From assembly GCA_965214485.1 (NCBI GenBank), contig CBDCBW010000009.1, forward strand, positions 82,414-146,413: DNA of 64,000 nucleotides, written 5' to 3'. The translations under genes were made by a program, and so were the position numbers. Below are positions 47,032-57,195 of this stretch, one piece after another (within the stretch, counting starts at the first letter, position 1; each line of letters opens with the position of its first letter). Under the pieces are notes generated by a model that searched no databases, was not told the origin of the DNA, and worked only from the letters and a program-made list of their open reading frames with translations. This stretch comes from Rhodothermales bacterium. Its GTDB lineage: Bacteria > Bacteroidota > Rhodothermia > Rhodothermales > JANQRZ01.

Positions 47032-47700
47032 ATGACTGTCCAACGCCTCCTCAGCCCCGACCTCGAACCGCTCGTGCCGACCGATACCGTCGGCCACGCG
47101 ATCTACCGGCTCGCGGAGCTCGACGTGGAGCACCTGCCCGTCGTGAGCGCGGAGGGAGAGCTCGTAGCGCTCGTAGCCGAGGACGAGCTGCTGAGGGTGA
47201 GCGACCTGGGCCTCCCGCTCGCGGCCCTCAGCGGCCTCGGCGTGCTGAGCGTGAGGCCGGAGGTTCACCTGTTCGAGGCTGCCAGCCTGCTCTCGGTACA
47301 CCACCTCAGCGTGCTCCCCGTCGCGGAGGCCGACGGCGAGTACGTCGGGGCCGTGCGCCGCCGCGTGCTCTTCGAGGAGCTCGCGGGGATGCTTTCTACC
47401 GGCACGCCGGGCACGATCCTGATCCTCGAGGTGGCTCCTCGGGACTATTCGCTCGGCCAGCTCATCTACTTCATCGAGCAGAGCAACGCGAAGGTGCTCT
47501 CGCTTGCCACCCAGGGCGAAGGCGCACGCGACGGGGGCCTCGTCCGGGTCACGATCAAGCTGAACGTGACCGACACGTCGCGCGTCCGGCACGTCCTCGA
47601 ACACCACGGCTACCGCGTCACCGCCGTCTTCAACGAGCAGGACGGCGACGACGAGCTCTCGCTCCGCGTCCAGGAGTTCATGCGGTATCTGGAGGTGTAG
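47032..47700 (+). CDS. CBS domain pair protein (222 aa)
   Basis: From ATG 47032: ...DTVGHAIYRLAELDVEHLPVVSAEGELVALVAEDELL and a second CBS-like unit ...LFEAASLLSVHHLSVLPVAEADGEYVGAV. Confidence 0.75.
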   Translation: MTVQRLLSPDLEPLVPTDTVGHAIYRLAELDVEHLPVVSAEGELVALVAEDELLRVSDLGLPLAALSGLGVLSVRPEVHLFEAASLLSVHHLSVLPVAEADGEYVGAVRRRVLFEELAGMLSTGTPGTILILEVAPRDYSLGQLIYFIEQSNAKVLSLATQGEGARDGGLVRVTIKLNVTDTSRVRHVLEHHGYRVTAVFNEQDGDDELSLRVQEFMRYLEV

Positions 47701-47723
47701 TCACCGGCCATAGGCTTCGTAGC

Positions 47724-47757
47724 GTAGGGGCTTGACTGGTCAAGCCCCTACGTTTTT
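47724..47757 (+). terminator. Rho-independent terminator
   Basis: gtaggggcttgac-tg-gtcaagcccctac is a perfect 13-bp inverted repeat followed by gttttt, 24 nt after the CBS gene stop. Confidence 0.85.
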
Positions 47758-47761
47758 CACC

Positions 47762-48250
47762 ATGCCTCACGACTCTGACGCCCGCCAGCTTCACGCGCTC
47801 GTGCTACTCTCGACGCTGCGCACGGCAGCCGAAGTGCGCCAGGCCCTCACCGAGCGCCGGGCAGGCCGCGACCCGTCGGAGCAGGAGGAGGCACCCCCCG
47901 TTCTGGCTTACTTGCGTGGGGCCATGCCCGAGCTCCGGGGGCTCGTGGCGCGCCTCCGCGTCAGCCTCGCCGTCGGGCAGCAGGAGCAGGCAGCCATCGT
48001 GCAGGTGTTCGAGGACCGGCTGGTGCTGAGCCGGCTCGCGCGCGAGCTGCACGTCGTCCACCAGCGCTTGCTGAGCCTCTACCCCGCCGTCGCCGAATCG
48101 CTCGTCGAAGAGGCGCGGCTCCGTCAGCGAGAGGCCGAGCGCCTCGCCGTCGCGCCGGGCGATGGATTTGAGCCGCTGCTGACCTCGTGGCTCGACCGCG
48201 CGACGGGCTTCCTCGAAGGGCTCGCGAAGGCGCTCGGCGAGGTGAACTAA
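47762..48250 (+). CDS. Hypothetical helical protein (162 aa)
   Basis: ATG 47762 chosen because the listed start 47732 lies inside the terminator hairpin. No family recognised. Confidence 0.5.
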   Translation: MPHDSDARQLHALVLLSTLRTAAEVRQALTERRAGRDPSEQEEAPPVLAYLRGAMPELRGLVARLRVSLAVGQQEQAAIVQVFEDRLVLSRLARELHVVHQRLLSLYPAVAESLVEEARLRQREAERLAVAPGDGFEPLLTSWLDRATGFLEGLAKALGEVN

Positions 48251-48273
48251 TCCCTCCGAGTGGCGTGGCATAG

Positions 48274-50346
<2,073 letters not shown>

Positions 50347-50357
50347 TCCCTACTGTC

Positions 50358-50894
50358 ATGGCTACGAAATCTGCTGCTCGACCTCGCCGAAAGCGTGAGA
50401 CGTCATCTCAAGCCGACAGCGGCCCGATGACGTGGCAGGACGTGACTGAGCACCCGGCGCTTCAGGACCTCCCGTTTAAGATCGAGCAAGATGCTTGGGG
50501 GCGTCTCATCATGAGTCCAGCTTCCTACCAACATGCCCGGCGGCAGGGTCACCTCATCCGTCTGCTCATCGAACACCTCGAAGGCGAGGTTTCTCCCGAG
50601 GTCCCCATCGATACACCGGAAGGGACAAAGGTGCCGGACGTCGCGTGGATGCCAGACGACTTTGCGGCTCAGTACAGTGAGGAGCGTGTGCTGCCGGTTG
50701 CGCCGCCGATCTGCGTTGAGGTCCGGTCGCCGTCAAACACGGACGCGGAGATGGAGGAGAAGGTGATGCTCTACCTCGCCAAAGGCGCGCAGGAGGTGTG
50801 GCTGTGCGACCTCGAAGGGCACGTCACGTTCTTCGGGCACGCGGGTGAGCTGGAGCGCTCGGCGCTCGCCCCGGACTTCCCGAACCAGATTTAG
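50358..50894 (+). CDS. Uma2 (DUF820) family endonuclease
   Basis: ...PDVAWMPDD...ICVEVRSPSNTDAEMEEKVMLYLAKGAQEVWLCDLEG shows the typical Uma2 core. The true start may be ATG 50427 (MTWQDV...). Confidence 0.75.
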   Translation: MATKSAARPRRKRETSSQADSGPMTWQDVTEHPALQDLPFKIEQDAWGRLIMSPASYQHARRQGHLIRLLIEHLEGEVSPEVPIDTPEGTKVPDVAWMPDDFAAQYSEERVLPVAPPICVEVRSPSNTDAEMEEKVMLYLAKGAQEVWLCDLEGHVTFFGHAGELERSALAPDFPNQI

Positions 50895-50903
50895 GCACTG
50901 CCT

Positions 50904-51467
50904 GTGCCGAAGCTGATTCCTCTCTCGCTTCTGCTGCTGTGTGCCCCGGTGGCGGCGCAGCCGTTCGAGACGGTGGAGGTCGGGCTCGGCGGTGTGGGGA
51001 CGTTTGCGGGCGCGCCGTTCGCGGACTTCTGGGAGCCGGGCCCCGGTGCCGAGGTGTGGGCCGAGACGCCGTTCTACCTCGGGCAGGTTCGGCTCGGCGG
51101 CTCGGTGACGGGGTACGGGGCCGTGGGCGATGAGACGGTGCCGGAGTTCGTCGCCTTCTACACCTTCGCCGAGTGGGGCGTCGGCACGGCGCTGCCGGGC
51201 GGCGTTCGGGTCGCGCCGGGCGTGCGCGTCGGGCTGCTCAACATGCGCTTCGACACGGACGACCCGGCGGCGGTCCGCAGCGAGGCGGAGCTGACGGCGG
51301 GCTTCGACCTGCGGGCGAGCGTCGCGGTGGCGGCGGGCTGGCGGCTGACGGCGAGCGGCTCCGCCGTGCGCGTGTTCACCGCCGAGCGGATCGACCTCCG
51401 GCTCGTGCAGGTCGGCGTCAGCCGGACGTTCCGCACGCCGGGGTGGCTGCGGGAGTTCTTGCGATGA
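50904..51467 (+). CDS. Small outer-membrane beta-barrel-like protein (187 aa)
   Basis: GTG start, signal peptide LIPLSLLLLCAPVAAQP, alternating hydrophobic pattern. 4-nt overlap with the next gene. Confidence 0.55.
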   Translation: MPKLIPLSLLLLCAPVAAQPFETVEVGLGGVGTFAGAPFADFWEPGPGAEVWAETPFYLGQVRLGGSVTGYGAVGDETVPEFVAFYTFAEWGVGTALPGGVRVAPGVRVGLLNMRFDTDDPAAVRSEAELTAGFDLRASVAVAAGWRLTASGSAVRVFTAERIDLRLVQVGVSRTFRTPGWLREFLR

Positions 51468-53383
51468 CGCTGGCCGCTCTCGCCCTGCTGGGCTCGCTCG
51501 CCGTCGCCGACACGACGGCACCGCCTGACCTGGCCCGGCAGGTCGTCACGCGGGCCGAGATCGAAGCCGCCGGGCTCTACCGGCTGCCCGACCTCTTCCG
51601 GCTCATCGACGGCGTGCGGACGGCGACGGTGGACGGGTTCACGTGGCAGGCGAGCTTCGCCCGCGAGCCGTTCGGGGCCGAGGCGTGGACGCTCCTCGTC
51701 GACGGCGAGCGGGTCGAGCTCGGGCTCTTCGGCGAGCAGAATCTGGGGCTCGTGCCGGTCGCCATCACGCAGCTCGATTCGGTCGAGGTCTGGACCGGGC
51801 CGCGCCTCGCGGCGGGCACGTTCGCGCACGGCGGGGTGATCCACCTCCACACGAGCGGCATCCGACGGGGCGCATCGGCGCGGGGCGGCGTGGCGATCGG
51901 CAACGAGGTCGGCGACCCCGGTCCGTTCCGCTACGTCCCCGAGCGGTTCAGCGGCAACGTGGACAAGTTCGGGGCGGACTACGACGCGGCGGCGAGCTAC
52001 GGCGCGCAGCCCCACAGGGCGCAGGCGCGGTTCAAGCTCCTCCGGTTCTACGCGACCGACTTCGCCTCCGCCGAGCGGAACGCCGCCGCACTCGGCGCGA
52101 ACCCGGCGCTCCGGCTCTTCGCCCCGGCGCTCCGCGCCGAGGCCGACGCGCTCGGCGGGACGCACGCGCTGAGCCTCCTCGGCGGCGGGGCGAACGACCT
52201 CTGGTTCTTCCAGCCCTTCGGGCGGGAGCTTCCGGTCCGCAGGCTGTGGGGGCAGGCCGGGCTGCACGGGCGCGTCCCCGCCGGGCCTCGCCTCACGCTC
52301 GGCTACCGGCTTGCTCTGGCCGAGACCCGGTTGGACGCGTGGCCTGGAGCGGTGCTCGGCCTCGATCCGCGCTGGCAGACCCGGACCGTGCGGGGCGGCC
52401 TCGACGGGGCGTGGCGTTGGGGCTCGTGGGAGGCGGCGCTCGGCGGCGAGGGCCGCCGCGTCACGTCGGGCGAAGCGGCGGGCTTCGCGCTCGGCACCGT
52501 CACCGGGCACGTCGTGCGGACCGGCGCGGGGCAGCGGCAGCACCTCGATGCCGCGCTCTCAGCAGCGGGCGGGGACGTCGCCGCGAGCGCGGCGCTCGGC
52601 ACGCGCCACACGCTCGGGGCGAGGACGCTCGGGGCATGGACGCTCGGCGCGGCAGCGGCGCTCACGCAGCGGCTCCCCGAAGAGGCGGGGCGGTTCAGCT
52701 TCTGGCAGGCACGGGGCTACAGCGCCTTCGACTCGGCGGTCGAGGTCGAGCGGTCGGGCGAGGTGCGGAAGACGACCGAGGCGCTGCTTCGCTTCGGCGC
52801 GGCGGGGCTGCTGATTCCTCTCGTCACGGTCGAGGCGAGCGCGGCGGTGCGAAGCCTGCATGGGCTGACCCTGGAGACGCAGCCGACGGCTCCCGACCCC
52901 GACGCGCTCGTCACGCCCCGGCTGCTCGTCGTCGAGCCGGACGCGAGCGGGCGGGCCGTGAGCGGGCGGGCGGCGGTGCGATGGGCGCAGCGGGGGCGTC
53001 GCGCTCGGCTCTTCTACGACGGTCAGGCGGCCCTCGGCGGCGACGCGGCCTTCGAGCGCGCGTGGGCGGCGGTGCCCCGGCACCGGTTCGGGATCGACGC
53101 CGCCCTCGCGCTCGAGACCCTGGCGGTTTCGGGCACCCTCACGCACCGGTCCGCCGCCCGGTGGCGCGCCTACGACGCGCTCACCGGCAGCAACGGCGGG
53201 CTCTACGACGCGACCGTTCCGGCGGCGTGGCTGCTCGACGCCTCGGTCGAGAAGTGGCTGTGGCGGCGGCGGCTCCGGGGCAGCCTCCTCTTCCGCAACC
53301 TGCTGAACCAAGAGGAGCGCTACCATCCCGTCGGCGCGGCGCTCGACCTGCGGTTCTACCTCCGCGTCGAGCTCGTCCTATAG
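51464..53383 (+). CDS. TonB-dependent-receptor plug domain outer-membrane protein (639 aa)
   Basis: From ATG 51464: signal MTLAALALLGSLAVA, plug-like VVTRAEIEAAGLYRLPDLFRLIDGV...VPVAITQLDSVEVWTGP, then a long beta-rich region. Confidence 0.7.
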   Translation: MTLAALALLGSLAVADTTAPPDLARQVVTRAEIEAAGLYRLPDLFRLIDGVRTATVDGFTWQASFAREPFGAEAWTLLVDGERVELGLFGEQNLGLVPVAITQLDSVEVWTGPRLAAGTFAHGGVIHLHTSGIRRGASARGGVAIGNEVGDPGPFRYVPERFSGNVDKFGADYDAAASYGAQPHRAQARFKLLRFYATDFASAERNAAALGANPALRLFAPALRAEADALGGTHALSLLGGGANDLWFFQPFGRELPVRRLWGQAGLHGRVPAGPRLTLGYRLALAETRLDAWPGAVLGLDPRWQTRTVRGGLDGAWRWGSWEAALGGEGRRVTSGEAAGFALGTVTGHVVRTGAGQRQHLDAALSAAGGDVAASAALGTRHTLGARTLGAWTLGAAAALTQRLPEEAGRFSFWQARGYSAFDSAVEVERSGEVRKTTEALLRFGAAGLLIPLVTVEASAAVRSLHGLTLETQPTAPDPDALVTPRLLVVEPDASGRAVSGRAAVRWAQRGRRARLFYDGQAALGGDAAFERAWAAVPRHRFGIDAALALETLAVSGTLTHRSAARWRAYDALTGSNGGLYDATVPAAWLLDASVEKWLWRRRLRGSLLFRNLLNQEERYHPVGAALDLRFYLRVELVL

Positions 53384-53400
53384 CCCGCTCCCGTAGCTTC

Positions 53401-53498
53401 GACACCCGACCCTCGACACCCGACCCTCGACACCCGACCCTCGACACCCGACCCTCGACACCCGACCCTCGACACCCGACCCTCGACACCCGACTCAC
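53401..53498. repeat. 14-bp tandem repeat gacacccgaccctc, 6 perfect copies plus 1 degenerate
   Basis: Copies start at 53401, 53415, 53429, 53443, 53457 and 53471, with a degenerate copy at 53485. The array ends 5 nt before the pfk ATG. Confidence 0.95.
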
Positions 53499-53502
53499 CC
53501 CT

Positions 53503-54585
53503 ATGCCTGATTCGCTCCGCGTCGGCGTCCTCACCGGCGGCGGCGACTGCCCCGGCCTCAACGCCGTCCTCCGCGCCGTCACCAAGAGCCTCGTCCTGCG
53601 CGACGGGGCCGAGGTCATCGGCTTCGAGGACGGCTTCGAGGGCCTCGTCGAGCGCCGCGCCCGGACGCTCTCGTACCGCGACGTGTCGGGCCTGCTCACC
53701 GTCGGCGGCACCATCCTCGGCACCTCGAACAAGGCCAACCCCTTCGACTACTTCGGGCGCGGCGGAGCAGACGTGTCGGGCGAGATTCTGGATTACGTCC
53801 GCGAGATCGAACTCGACGCGCTCGTCGCCATCGGCGGCGACGGGACGATGTCGATCTGCCACGGCTTGCAGGAGCGCGGGCTCAACGTCGTCGGCGTCCC
53901 GAAGACGATCGACAACGACCTCGTCGGGACCGACCGGACGTTCGGGTTCGACACCGCCGTCGCGATCGCCACCGAGGCCCTCGACCGGCTCCACTCGACC
54001 GCCCAGAGCCACCACCGCGTGATGGTCCTCGAGACGATGGGCCGCTACGCCGGATGGATCGCGCTCTACGCCGGCATCGCCAGCGGCTCCGACGTGGTCC
54101 TGCTCCCCGAGTTCGAATACGACGTGGACGAGGTGGCGCGCGTCTGCCGCCGGCGCGAGCGCGGCGGGCAGCGCTTCACGATCATCGCGATGGCCGAGGG
54201 TGCCAGGCCCATCGGCGGCGAGCTCGCCGTCCTGAAACTCGTCGAGGACAGCCCGGACCCGGTCCGGCTCGGCGGCGCGTGCCACGTCCTCGGGCGCGCG
54301 CTCGAACACCGCCTCGACAGCGAAATCCGCACGACGATCCTCGGTCACGTCCAGCGCGGCGGCACACCGACCGCCTACGACCGCATCCTCTCGACCGCCT
54401 TCGGCGAGGCCGCCGCCCGCTGCGTCGCCGAGCGGACCTTCGGCGTGATGGTCGCGCTGCAAGACGGCCACCCAGTGACGGTCCCGCTCGCCGAGGTGGC
54501 CCACAAGGTGCGGACCGTGCCGGAGGACCACCCGATGGTCCGCGCCGCCCTCGCCGTCGGGACCTCCTTCGGCGTGCCGATGTAG
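53503..54585 (+). CDS. pfkA: 6-phosphofructokinase
   Basis: GVLTGGGDCPGLNAV, IGGDGTMS, PKTIDNDL, ETMGRYAGWIAL, GHVQRGG. Confidence 0.93.
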   Translation: MPDSLRVGVLTGGGDCPGLNAVLRAVTKSLVLRDGAEVIGFEDGFEGLVERRARTLSYRDVSGLLTVGGTILGTSNKANPFDYFGRGGADVSGEILDYVREIELDALVAIGGDGTMSICHGLQERGLNVVGVPKTIDNDLVGTDRTFGFDTAVAIATEALDRLHSTAQSHHRVMVLETMGRYAGWIALYAGIASGSDVVLLPEFEYDVDEVARVCRRRERGGQRFTIIAMAEGARPIGGELAVLKLVEDSPDPVRLGGACHVLGRALEHRLDSEIRTTILGHVQRGGTPTAYDRILSTAFGEAAARCVAERTFGVMVALQDGHPVTVPLAEVAHKVRTVPEDHPMVRAALAVGTSFGVPM

Positions 54586-54694
54586 GAGCGGAAGAACTTT
54601 TAGGAGCGGAAGAGCGAAAGGGTCTGAGACTCAACGCCAAGCCATTCGTCCCCGCTTCCGCTCGTTCCCGCTTCCGTTCGTCCGCTCCTGACCC
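54586..54694 (+). repeat. Intergenic purine-arm / CCCGCTTCCGCT-box hairpin element abutting a start codon
   Basis: ggagcggaagaac (54586-98) pairs with gttcgtccgctcc (54677-89). gagcggaagagcg (54604-16) pairs with cccgcttccgctc (54651-63). ATG at 54695. Confidence 0.65.
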
Positions 54695-55744
54695 ATGCAC
54701 GTCTTCCTCACCGGAGCCACCGGCTACGTCGGCTCCTACGTCCTGCGCGCCCTCCTCGACCGGGGCCACACCGTCCGCTGCCTCGTCCGCGAAGGATCGC
54801 TCGGCAAGCTCGACATCGACCCGGGCCGGATCGCCGAGGTAGACTCGTCGCAGGAGTCGGTCATGAAGGACATCGAGCGCGGCGACGAGGCCGGGGCCGC
54901 CCGGTCGAGCCGCCCGGTCGAGGTCGTCTACGGCGACGTGACCGACCTCTCGACCGTGCAGGGCGACATGCGCGGGTGCGATGCGGTCGTCCACCTCGTC
55001 GGGATCATCGAGGAGGTCAAGCCGAAGGGCGTCACCTTCGAGCGCCTCCACGTCAAGGGCACGCGGACGATTGTGGAGGAGGCGAAGGCGGCGGGCATCA
55101 CGCGGTTCGTCCACATGAGCGCCAACGGCGCGTCGCCGGACGCCGACTCGGCCTACCAGACGACGAAGTGGCGCGCCGAGGAGATCGTCCGCGACGCCGG
55201 GTTTGCGAGCTACGTCATCTTCCGCCCGTCGATCCTCTTCGGCGACCCCGAGCCGGGGCCGGCTCGGCACGGGCGCGAGGAGTTTGCCGGCCGCCTCGCC
55301 GAGAGCCTCATCCGCCGGTTCCCCGTCCTCCCGATCCTCGGCGACGGGCAGTACCGGCTCCAGCCCGTCCACGTCACCGCCGTCGCCGACGCCTTCGTGC
55401 AGGCGCTCGACCGCGAGCCGCCGAGCGACGCCAAGGCCTACCTCCGGCAGGACGCCTACTGCGTCGCCGGGCACGATGTGGTGACGTTCGACGAGGCCGT
55501 GGACCGGATCACGCGCGCGCTCGGGCAGGACCCCAAGCCGAAGCTCCACCAGCCGCTGTGGCTCTCGAAGTTCGTCGTCGGCACCGCCGGCGAGGTCGGG
55601 CTGCTGCCGATCTCGCCGGCGCAGTTCAAGATGCTCATCGCGGGCAACACCTGCGACGCGGCGCGCTTCTGGGCCGACTTCGACGTGAGGCCGGTCCCGT
55701 TCACGCCGGAGCACCTCGCCTACGTCCGAGAGGCGGAGAGCTGA
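54695..55744 (+). CDS. NAD(P)-binding epimerase/dehydratase-fold protein (NDUFA9/NmrA-like)
   Basis: MHVFLTGATGYVGSYVLRALL Rossmann motif, YQTTKW (YxxxK), 349 aa. Confidence 0.8.
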   Translation: MHVFLTGATGYVGSYVLRALLDRGHTVRCLVREGSLGKLDIDPGRIAEVDSSQESVMKDIERGDEAGAARSSRPVEVVYGDVTDLSTVQGDMRGCDAVVHLVGIIEEVKPKGVTFERLHVKGTRTIVEEAKAAGITRFVHMSANGASPDADSAYQTTKWRAEEIVRDAGFASYVIFRPSILFGDPEPGPARHGREEFAGRLAESLIRRFPVLPILGDGQYRLQPVHVTAVADAFVQALDREPPSDAKAYLRQDAYCVAGHDVVTFDEAVDRITRALGQDPKPKLHQPLWLSKFVVGTAGEVGLLPISPAQFKMLIAGNTCDAARFWADFDVRPVPFTPEHLAYVREAES

Positions 55745-55843
55745 GCGCGGAAGACGGTGGAGCCGTCGGGAAGAGTTCACGAACCGCGCCTTGCCCGTCC
55801 CGTATTTTCGACGCCCGACCTCCGCCCCTCGACCCTTCCCGCC

Positions 55844-56395
55844 ATGCGCTACGCCCTGTCCCTCGCCCTGCTTCTTCCCCTGACCGCCGCCTGCGGCCCC
55901 GGCACCGAGGAGCCCCCGGAGTCCGTTCAGGAGACGCCGATGGAGGCTGCCGTCGTGCCCGACGACGTCGTCGGGACGTACCGGCTCGTGGGGGTCAACG
56001 GGGAGCCGCTTCCCCGCGGCGTCGGCTCCGTGGACGAGTGCGAGGTGCAGCTCTCGCGCGGCACGATCCTGCTCGGAGCCGACGCACGGTACACGCTCGA
56101 CGTCCTCGCCCGCGCCGTGTGCGATGCCGACGAGGAGGCGCAAAGACTCGACCGTTCCACGAGCGAGGGGCCGTTCACCGTCGAGGGCTTCGACATCCGC
56201 TTCAACTCCGCCGTCACCGAGGTCGTCGAGGACGAGGAAAGCGAGATGGGCGAGGACGAACTCCTGGAGGACGAAGAGATGGAAGAACCCGACCTCTTCG
56301 ACGCGTCCCTCTTCGCCGGCACCGGCACGCTCCGCGACAGCACCCTCACGATCCTCGTCGACGAGCTGACGACGTTCACGTTCGCCCGCGAGTGA
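55844..56395 (+). CDS. Lipoprotein with acidic C-terminal region, function unknown
   Basis: From ATG 55844: MRYALSLALLLPLTAAC lipobox. Also contains EVVEDEESEMGEDELLEDEEMEE. Confidence 0.6.
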   Translation: MRYALSLALLLPLTAACGPGTEEPPESVQETPMEAAVVPDDVVGTYRLVGVNGEPLPRGVGSVDECEVQLSRGTILLGADARYTLDVLARAVCDADEEAQRLDRSTSEGPFTVEGFDIRFNSAVTEVVEDEESEMGEDELLEDEEMEEPDLFDASLFAGTGTLRDSTLTILVDELTTFTFARE

Positions 56396-56503
56396 GGACA
56401 GAGAAGAGATAGACAAGAGAGAAGACAGAAAAGAAAGCGCAACTTCACTAACTCCTCTCTCTTCTCCCTCTCCTCTTTCTCTTCCCTCTCTTCTCTTTAC
56501 CTA
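56396..56503 (+). other. Polypurine arm / polypyrimidine arm long imperfect hairpin (possible terminator or leader structure)
   Basis: 56396-56438 is almost exclusively A/G. 56452-56498 is exclusively C/T. A 13-nt spacer separates them, and the ATG of the next gene is at 56504. Confidence 0.6.
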
Positions 56504-57187
56504 ATGGAGGACCTTCTCACCGAAACCGCCGCCGACACGGCCCGCCTCGGCAAGAAGTACGTCGCCATCGCGGGCAACATCGGGGCGGGCAAGAGCTCGC
56601 TCACGCGCATCCTCTCTGATTATTTCAAGTGGGAGGCGTTCTACGAGCGCGTCGACGGCAACCCGTACCTCGCGGACTTCTACGACGACATGCGGCGGTG
56701 GAGCTTCAACCTCCAGGTCTACTTTCTCTCGAGCCGCTTCGCGGGGCAGCAGCAACTCGAACACGCCCCGCACTCGGTCGTCCAGGACCGCTCGATCTAC
56801 GAGGACGTCGAGATCTTCGCGCGCAACCTCTACGAGATGGGGCTGATGGACGGGCGCGACTTCGAGAACTACCAGGACCTCTTCGCGCTGATGACGGGCT
56901 ACCTCCGCCCGCCGGACCTGCTGGTCTACCTCCGCGCGAGCGTCCCCACCCTCGTCCGCCAAATCCAGAGCCGGGGCCGCGACTTCGAGGCCGGCATCCG
57001 GATCGACTACCTGGAGCGGCTCAACGTCCACTACGAGACCTGGGTCGAGCGCTACGACCTCGGCCCGAAGCTGATCGTCGAGACCGACGAGCTCGACTTC
57101 GTCAACACCGACGAGGACCGGTTCGAGATTCTGAGCCGCGTCGAGAGCCGGCTCTACGGGCTGTTCCCGGAGATGGTGGGGGGCTGA
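56504..57187 (+). CDS. Deoxynucleoside kinase
   Basis: IAGNIGAGKSSL P-loop, FYDDMRRWSFNLQVYFL, DRSIYEDVEIFA. Confidence 0.9.
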   Translation: MEDLLTETAADTARLGKKYVAIAGNIGAGKSSLTRILSDYFKWEAFYERVDGNPYLADFYDDMRRWSFNLQVYFLSSRFAGQQQLEHAPHSVVQDRSIYEDVEIFARNLYEMGLMDGRDFENYQDLFALMTGYLRPPDLLVYLRASVPTLVRQIQSRGRDFEAGIRIDYLERLNVHYETWVERYDLGPKLIVETDELDFVNTDEDRFEILSRVESRLYGLFPEMVGG

Positions 57188-57195
57188 AAAACGGA

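Noticed and set aside
53401-53498. Possible CRISPR array at the 14-bp repeat
   Set aside because: The units are contiguous with no spacers and are far shorter than CRISPR repeats. No cas genes are in the window.
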